DNA of 63,082 nucleotides, the filler included. It is 10 parts of 10 records of this genome, joined end to end, with 100 filler letters (N's around TTAATTAATTAA, not from the genome) between each part and the next. Parts side by side here need not be neighbours in the genome. Positions count along the whole stretch, not along the records: positions 52,954 to 56,084 come from SRR7504441_1827; positions 56,185 to 63,082 come from SRR7504441_1896; 8 more parts are not named here. The stretch is one strand, 5' to 3'. Position 1 is the stretch's first letter. Every line of letters starts with the position of its first letter. Both the position numbers and the translations under genes were made by a program. The notes beneath the pieces are model-generated. The model was not told the origin of the DNA and made no database searches. It saw nothing but the letters and a program-made list of their open reading frames with translations. Below are positions 56,008-63,082 of this stretch, piece by piece.

Positions 56008-56084
56008 CAATGAGGGGAAACTAAGCTAGGCTTCATGAAATTTATTGATTCTGCATTAAACTGAGACATCCAACCAACTCAGCT

Positions 56085-56184
56085 NNNNNNNNNNNNNNNN
56101 NNNNNNNNNNNNNNNNNNNNNNNNNNNNTTAATTAATTAANNNNNNNNNNNNNNNNNNNNNNNNNNNNNNNNNNNNNNNNNNNN
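56085..56184. other. Artificial contig linker
   Basis: N-run + TTAATTAATTAA + N-run. Confidence 0.98.
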
Positions 56185-59100
56185 TGTGCCCGGAGAGCGC
56201 TTTGCCAGAGCCAGCTGGAACTTTTCGAGCTCGGTTGCCAGATGGTTGTGTTCATGAATCTGCCCACTATTGCTCAGCCTCTGCAGTGCGTCCATCCTGT
56301 CCTTCATGTGAGAGCTGTGTGGCAGCCTCTGGGCCCTTATCCTTTGTCGCAGCTTCCACACCATTGCAGCAAGAGCAGGTGTGCTGAGATCATGAGCAGT
56401 CTCCGGCTCCTTGCCGCTCAGAACATCCAACTTTGCGCTGAGTAACCTTTCCGCAGTTTCCCTCTCGGGCCCCGCTGGCATCGCGTCGACTGAGTTTTGC
56501 TCCTGCCTCAAGTCCCTCGTCTCCTTACGGACTTTGAGTGCATCCTGTGCAGCTTTGCGGTCTGGGCCTTCAGGCAAGCTGGCTAGTCTCTCTTCCTCGG
56601 CCCTCACAGCAGCACTTTCTCGCTTCTCGACGAGCGACTCCATCGCCTTATCCTTTTCGGGCCCTGCAGGCATACAGCCAATCCGCAGGAGCTCGTTTTC
56701 GAAGGCCAGTGCCCTGAACTTGGCGGCCAGCGCCCGTTCTGCAGCCTCGCGGGCTGGGCCAGGTGCCATCCTAGATATCCTGTGCTTCTCCTGCTCCAGC
56801 GCTTTGGCTTCGATCCTGACTGCCAATGCTTTCTCAGCTGCTTCGCGCTCTGGTCCGGATGGCAGCATGGCAATCCTCTCCTTCTCCCGCTTGACTATGT
56901 TCATCTCTATCTTCTCCGCCAGAGCCTTCTCAGCTGCATCCCTATCCCTCCCCGAAGGCATATTTGCTATCCTGGCTCTCTCGCGTTGCACGTCCAGCCC
57001 CTGAATCTTGGTTTCGAGTGCCTTCTGGGCCTCTTCCTTCTCATGCCCCGCAGGCATCCGCGCTATCCTATCTCTATCCTGCTGAATCTCGAGCTCGTCC
57101 ACTCTCAACGCTAATGCCTTCTCGGCTGCCTCTCGCTCCGGCCCTGGAGGCAGCTTTGCTATTCTCTCACCCTCTTCCCGCACGACAAGCGATTCGACTT
57201 TCTGTTCGAGAGCATGCTCTGCAGCGTCCCTCTCTGGCCCGGGAGGCATCTCTGCCACTCTGTCTGTCTCCTCCTGGACTGCCATGGTTTCGAGCCTCAA
57301 GTTCAGCATTCTTTCGGCTGCGTCACGCTCAGCCCCTGGAGGAAGGCATGCCACCCGCTCACTCTCTTCCTGGGCAGCTGCAGCTTCAAGATGAGCGTCG
57401 AGAGCTTTTTGAGCTGCATCCTTCTCCGGCCCAGGAGGCATCGTGGCTACTCTATCCTTTTCCTCGTGCAAACGCAACTTCTCCGCTCTTATATCCAATG
57501 CCCTCTGTGCTGCATCTCGCGTAGGGCCAGGAGGTAGCTCTGAAATCCTATCCTGTTCATCTTGGACTGCTCTGGCCTCCAATTTGCCAACCAAGGCTTT
57601 CTCAGCTGCCTCCCTGGCCAGACCTGGTTTCATCTTGGCAACGCGGGCCCGCTCCTGCTGCATTGCCTGCACTTCGATCTTAGAAGCCAGCGCCTGCTGA
57701 GCCTTATCCTTTGCTGGCCCTGGCAGCATGCTGGCCACTCTGCCCTTCTCCTCCTCCAGCGCCAAAGCACTCATCCGAGCAGCCAGGTCCTTCTCTGCAG
57801 CAGCTCTCTGGGGCCCTGGCGGCATCTTGGCAATCTGCTCGGATTCCTGTCGCACAGCAGCTGCCTCGAGCTTGTTTCCATGCAACCTCATTGCTGCTTC
57901 ACGGTCCGATCCAGCCGGCAATCGCGAGATCCTCTCTTCCTCCATTGCCTTGATCGAGTCAGCCAACCGCTGTGCTACCGCCCTTTCGTCAGCCTCTCGC
58001 TGCGGCCCAGGCGGCATCCGGGCGATTCTATCAGTCTCCTCTTGTATCGCCTTAGCCTCAAGCTTGGCAGAAAGGGCCCTCATCGCAGCCTGCTTCTCCG
58101 GGCCTTCAGCCATCTGCTGAATCCTGTCTTGCTCGACTGCAAGCATCTTAGTCTCCAGCTTCTTAGCAAACTCCTTGCGAGCGGCTTCGCGAACTGGGCC
58201 CTGTGGCATCTGCTCAATGCTGGCCGCATCTCTGGCCAGCTCTCTAGCTTCCATTCTCTGCGCTAAGGCCTTCTCTGCGGCGTCTCGCTCCGGGCCAAAC
58301 GGCATCGCTTCGATTCTCTCTCTTTCTTCATTATTTGTTTGGGCATCCAGCTTCTCGGACAAGGCCTTTTCTGCAGCCTCGCGCTCCGGTCCAGGTGGCA
58401 GCTGCGATATGATTTCTTTCTGCCTCTTGATTGTGTTAGTTTCCATCCTTGCAGCCAGTGCCTTTTCTGCAGCCTCGCGTGCAGGCCCATATGGCATTGC
58501 AGCCACCCTATCCTTCTCCTTCTGCACTTCCACTTCTTCGACTCTGGCTGCTAATGCCTTCTCTGCCGCTTGTCGCTCCGGTCCGGGAGGCATCTTCCTC
58601 ACCCGATCTTGCTCTTCTTTGACGGCGGCAGCCCCAATTCGCTTAAGCACTGCTCGTTCTGCCGCGTCCCTAGCTGGCCCTGGCGCAAGCCTCGATATCC
58701 TCTCCTGCTCCTGTTTGAGCGCCTTGGCCTCGACCCTTGCCGCCAGCTCCTGCTCCGCGGCATCCCTCTCCGGACCCAGCGGCAGCTTGCCAATCCGCCT
58801 CTTCTCTTTTTCGATCGCATTCGTCGCGATCCTGTCAACCAGCGCCTTCTTTGCGGCGTCCTTGTTCGACCCATCGAGCATCGCGTCGATCTTAGCCTGT
58901 TGCTCCTGCTCGGCCCTGGCCTGCAGCTTGGTCGCGAGCGCCTCCTCGGCCGCGTCCTTCTCCGGCCCGTCTGGCATCGCAGCGATTCTGTCCCGCTCGC
59001 TCTGCACCTCTTTCGCGTGGATGTTAGCCTCCATCGCCCGCTGAGCCGCCTCCTTCTCCGGACCGGTGACCATGGCCGCGATCCGAGCCTTCTCCTCCCG

Positions 59101-60318
59101 CACCGCCTTGGCTGCTAGCTTGCTCCCCAGCACTCTCTCGGCATAGTCCCGCTCTGGCCCCGGCGGCATCGCACTCACCGACTCCTGCTCCCGCCTCAGC
59201 TCATCAGCCTGCGCCCGCGCATCAAGCGCCCGCTGCGCAGCCTGCCTCTCCGGCCCGGGAGGCATCCGCGCTATCCGATTCGCCTCCTGCTGAATCGAAT
59301 GAGTCTCCAGCTTCCCAACCAGCGCTTTCTCTGCCAGCTCCCTCTCCGGACTGCCCGGAGCCAGCCGGGCGATCCGGTCCCGGTCCTCCTGCACCGCCAG
59401 CGCCTCCAGCTTTGACCGGAGCGACGCCTCGGCTGCCTCGCGCTCCGGGCCGGGAGGCATGTTAGCAATCCGCTCCTTCTCTTGCTGCACGTTGACTGCC
59501 TCAATCTTGGCCCGGAGCGCCTGCTTGGCTGCCTCCTGTTCCGGACCGGGCGGCATCCGTGTGATCCGCTCCGTGTCCTCGCGCACCGCCATCGCCTCTA
59601 TCCTGGCCACGAGAGCCCGATTGGCCAGGTCTCTTTCGGGACCCGGCGGCAGCCTGGCAATGCGGTCCTTCTCATCGCGGATAGACTTGGCCTCCTCCCG
59701 GACCGCGAGCGACTTCTCGGCCGCGTCCTTCTCCGGCCCGGCCAGCATGCCCGCCACTCGCGCCTTCTCGTCTGCCAGCGCCTGACTCTCCAATCTATCA
59801 GCCTTGCCCGCCGGACTGGGATCGCCCGTGGCGTCACACAGCTCGCCAATCAGCATCAGATTGCTCCGGGCCTTACTGGTCGGCACCGCGTAGTACTCAT
59901 GCCCATCGAACCCGTACTCCTGCTCCGGGCTCGGCGCTCGCCACTGTCCCTGGCTGGGCGCGTTGCTGACCAGCCCCAGCCGGAGCGCAGTTGGGTACTG
60001 AAAGGCCGACGGGGCCCGCGGCTGCTCGGGCGGCGGGCCCCGGTGCGGCTCCTGCTGCTGGACGGTGTTTTTGTCCCATACCCCTTCGAGCCGGGTGCCG
60101 TCTTGCCGGGTGTACGTCCCTCGCCCGTGGCGCAGGTTGGCCCACCAGTCGCCCTGGTACATGTCCCCGTTGTTGTACCAGTAGGTTCCGCTGCCCTGCT
60201 TGCGCCCGTCCACCCAGTCGCCGTCGTAGACGTCCCCGTTGTCCAGTCGGAGCACCCCCCGGCCGGTCCGCCTGCCGGCCTCGTCGTACTGGCCGTCATA
60301 GTGGCCGCTGATGGTCAT
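56185..60318 (-). CDS. MORN-repeat protein with about 35 tandem 32-aa helical repeats, 3'-truncated
   Basis: N-terminal MORN repeats (GDVYDGDWVDGRKQGSG, GDMYQGDW..NLRHGRG), then a repeated MPPGPEREAAEKAL..R.E...VQEE..RIA. unit. Confidence 0.88.
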
Positions 60319-60529
60319 GGCCCGGCCCACACCCCGATCAGCTGGTCACCTGCCCCAGCCCGCTGCTGTGAGAAGTGCTCGGCGCAGCGGCGCGCACCTC
60401 GTCAGCGGGTTGGGGGCCCAACCTCTCCACCCTGTGCACCATCTGGAAATCGCTGAAACCGCCCACTGAGCACTGGCACACTCATCATTCTCGGTCAATT
60501 TTGACCACAGATTCATCCACGATCTGTCG

Positions 60530-61999
60530 ATGGCGACTCGCCTGCTCGCGCTGTTCGCTGCGGCGCTGCTGGTGCCGAGCCATGCCAAGGTGGTCAACTT
60601 CGCGACCGACTGCGGGGTGGCTCGCCGGCGGGAGGGACGCCTGAGCCGCGGGGCAGGCCAAAGCCAACGACGACGCGTGGGACGTGGCGCTCAAGAACGG
60701 AGCCCAGCTCAACGCCACGCTCAACCAACTCCAGCCGGGCGACGTGTTCGTGGTGCCGGCCGGGCAGACCTTCTACCTGATGGGCGGGATCATCGCCTCC
60801 AACCTGGTCTCGGTGGTCTTGCAGATCGATGGGACCCTCGAATTCGCTTCGACCACCCTAGACATGGAAAAATACATCCGGGAGTGGCCCCGATCCGGGC
60901 CGGGCTCGTCCGACTCGGCCCCGGTGCTCGAGTGTCTCCAGTTCAACCAGCTGCAGAACGTGACCTTCACCAGCTCCGGCGAGGGGCAGATCAACGGTGC
61001 CGGGGCCAAGTGGTGGGGCATCCCGGGCGTAGGGTACACACACGCTGCGAAGGCCTTGTTCACGTCGGTGGGCTTGCAGGTACCTCACGCGCAAGGAGAA
61101 CCGACCGCGGCTGCTGCATATCAGAAGCTCGCGTGACGTGACGATCGAGAAGCTGTATCTCAAGGATTCGCCGTACTGGACGTTCCTTGGCGACGGAATT
61201 GCAAACCTGGTTGTGCGGTACTCGCGGATAGAAGTCCGGCGGACCAAGGACGACGGGCACTCGGTGGTGGACCTTTCGGCGTTCAACACCGACGGGTTCG
61301 ACCTTGGCAGCTGCAACGGTGTGCATATCCACGACAGCAGCGTCTGGAACCAGGACGATTGCTTTGACGTCAAGGACAACACCCAGAACGTGCTGATCGA
61401 GCGTGTGAATGCCTCCGGATTGGGCCTCACGATCGGCTCGATCGGGGGCTCCAACGTGAACAACATCACCTTCAGGGATGCGTACAGTGAGTCGGGCTCG
61501 GCTGCAGCGTCTCTGATTGTGCTGTGCAGTGCACCACACAGTCAAGGGCATCTACATGAAGTTTAGAGGCAACGGAAATGTGTCCAACGTGCTGTACGAG
61601 AACGTGGTTATGGATGCCCCGGAGCAGTTTGGCGTCTGGATCGGGCCCGCCCAGCAGTGCGACGGATGCAGTGCTACAGACATCTGCAGCCCCCACCCCT
61701 GTAGCATTTGCTGGCCAGAGGTGCCTGGGACCGAGTGTAACGCGCCAGCAAGCTCGTTTTACACCAACATCACGCTGCGCAACATCACGATCAACAACCC
61801 GAAGAAGAGCGCAGGCGTGCTGATTGCCAACGAATCCTCGCCGATGCTGAATGTGGTGTTTGACAATGTGGTGGTGAACAATCCGGCAGACAAGCCGTGG
61901 GGGAACGATGGTTACTACTGCAAGAACGTGCAAGGGGTGGCCATTGGGTCCACCAACCCTGTCCCGCCTTGCTTCAAGAATTCCACGGGCACTCATTGA
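60530..61999 (+). CDS. Glycoside hydrolase family 28 (polygalacturonase-like), 4 exons
   Basis: Signal peptide; INGAGAKWW, RPRLL, DSPYW, FNTDGFD, NQDDC and GLTIGS. Three GT-AG introns of 40-46 nt. Confidence 0.88.
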
Positions 62000-62115
62000 G
62001 CGGGGGTGTCTGCACCGTGCATGCCAGTTGCTACTCGTACTCTCACCGAATCCATCGAACCAGTTAGGATGTTAGGCGTACGTGATCAAATAAAGGTCAA
62101 AATTACATGACATTG

Positions 62116-62152
62116 TAGCCCTAGTCTAGCCCTAGTCTAGCCCTAGTCTAGC
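62116..62152. repeat. 11-bp tandem repeat (TAGCCCTAGTC) x3
   Basis: tagccctagtc tagccctagtc tagccctagtc tagc, seen directly. Confidence 0.9.
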
Positions 62153-62413
62153 GCGGCCTAAAATTCTTGACAAAAAGGCGCGGGCTCGAGGCCTCTCCGA
62201 TGAGAGTTTTACTTGCGTGTTTTGTCCAACATTCAAATGTTTGGGACCATACCAGTACATTGACTCAAGGCGAACTCTATACTAACTCAAGGCTATGAAA
62301 GAAGTTCATCATGCTCTAATCATGCTCAACGCTACGAGATGGAGAAGGATGCTAATCATGCGATGGCCCTAGATGGCAATAAGATGGCAGAGTAGTGCTC
62401 TTGAGGCATGGTG

Positions 62414-62686
62414 CTAGGTCGCGATATCCGACTGGCCGAGCAGGACACGAGCCAGCGCAGTGCCTGCAGACTGCCCCCCTTCGAACGTCTCAACAATCGC
62501 AGGGAACGTCTTGGCCAGATTGTCGATGGACATTGGGTTGCCATGTACCAGCACAGCAATGCTGGCAGGGTTGGCAGCCACCATTGTCAGCGAGTGCACC
62601 ACTGCAGCGTCCAGCGCTGTCGTCGGTAACTCCCCTGAAGCCACAGCGGCAGCGCCACCTGTACTGTACGTATTGCCGCAGTCCAT
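62414..62686 (-). pseudogene. GH3 beta-glucosidase/xylosidase C-terminal-domain fragment
   Basis: ANP.SIAVLVHGNPMSI....PAIVE.FEGGQSAGTALARVLLG ends in a premature stop. No catalytic N-terminal barrel lies upstream. Confidence 0.55.
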
Positions 62687-62772
62687 GTCACATCCCGCGA
62701 TGATGCCCTTGGCAGCTGCATCGGAGGCATTGGCGGCGTATCCATGGTCTTCCGGTCGCCACGCAGTTTGGG

Positions 62773-63064
62773 GTGTGTGTACCTGGCGGGGTAGAGCACG
62801 TCGCTACCGTCAATGCGGCTGGCTTCGTCTTTGGTCGGCGCAGCGTCAAGTGGCACCTGGCACAAGCTCCTCTACTTCATGCTCGACACATGCGCCATCA
62901 ACTCGTACATCATCTACCGGCAATACTACCCCGACAAGTACAAGGAACGGGCCGATTTCATGGAGGACCTTATCCTTGGCTTGGCCGGCATTATGCATAG
63001 GCTTAGAACCGACCAGCTGCAGCTACAGCAGCAGTGCTGCCCGTCTCCGTCGCGACAACATTGA
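62773..63064 (+). mobile_element. piggyBac-like transposase (DDE_Tnp_1_7) C-terminal remnant, frameshifted
   Basis: GGVE.......F.RRSVKW then WHKLLYFMLDTCAINSYIIY...F.EDL..GL. The frameshift comes from the TGGCAC-C-TGGCAC duplication at 62851-62863. Confidence 0.7.
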
Positions 63065-63082
63065 GAATTCATTAAGAAAAAC

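Noticed and set aside
8030-56184. Nine recurrences of TTAATTAATTAA as a biological repeat, piggyBac TTAA site or CRISPR-like repeat
   Set aside because: Each copy is centred in an identical 100-bp N block and gives stops in all six frames, so it is an artificial concatenation linker. Gene neighbourhoods across linkers are meaningless.
1-63082. Prokaryotic operons, defence systems, rRNA/tRNA genes or CRISPR arrays
   Set aside because: Spliceosomal introns and eukaryote-specific domains occur throughout. No repeat-spacer array or recognisable RNA gene was seen by eye; a tRNAscan/Infernal run would be needed to exclude small RNAs.

Overview
This window is eukaryotic, not prokaryotic. It consists of 10 unrelated contigs joined by nine artificial 100-bp linkers (N-run + TTAATTAATTAA + N-run). 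The source is a gene-dense protist genome with GC-rich coding DNA, probably a SAG or MAG; the lineage cannot be assigned from sequence alone. About 40 genes or gene fragments can be reconstructed. Genome-level features: (i) roughly 50 hand-parsed tiny spliceosomal introns (about 35-55 nt) that mostly lack a polypyrimidine tract, about one in five with a GC donor; (ii) a strong head-to-head gene layout, with only 20-27 bp between divergent start codons in three cases; (iii) recurrent AACGG motifs in promoters; (iv) TACTCGTAC/TACATGTA motifs in AT-rich 3' spacers. Notable proteins: a PWWP-SRA-SET (SUVH-like) methyltransferase, a TCTP-like/DUF1115 fusion, a MORN protein with about 35 tandem 32-aa repeats, a four-p25alpha giant protein, a divergent glycoside hydrolase pair, LAMTOR5, a sphingolipid C9-methyltransferase and a bacterial-type DUF3422. 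There are also several broken genes (SAM-TIR-kinase, GH3, piggyBac remnant). No rRNA, tRNA or CRISPR array was recognised. All family calls come from motif recognition by eye, and all intron calls are inferred without transcript data.
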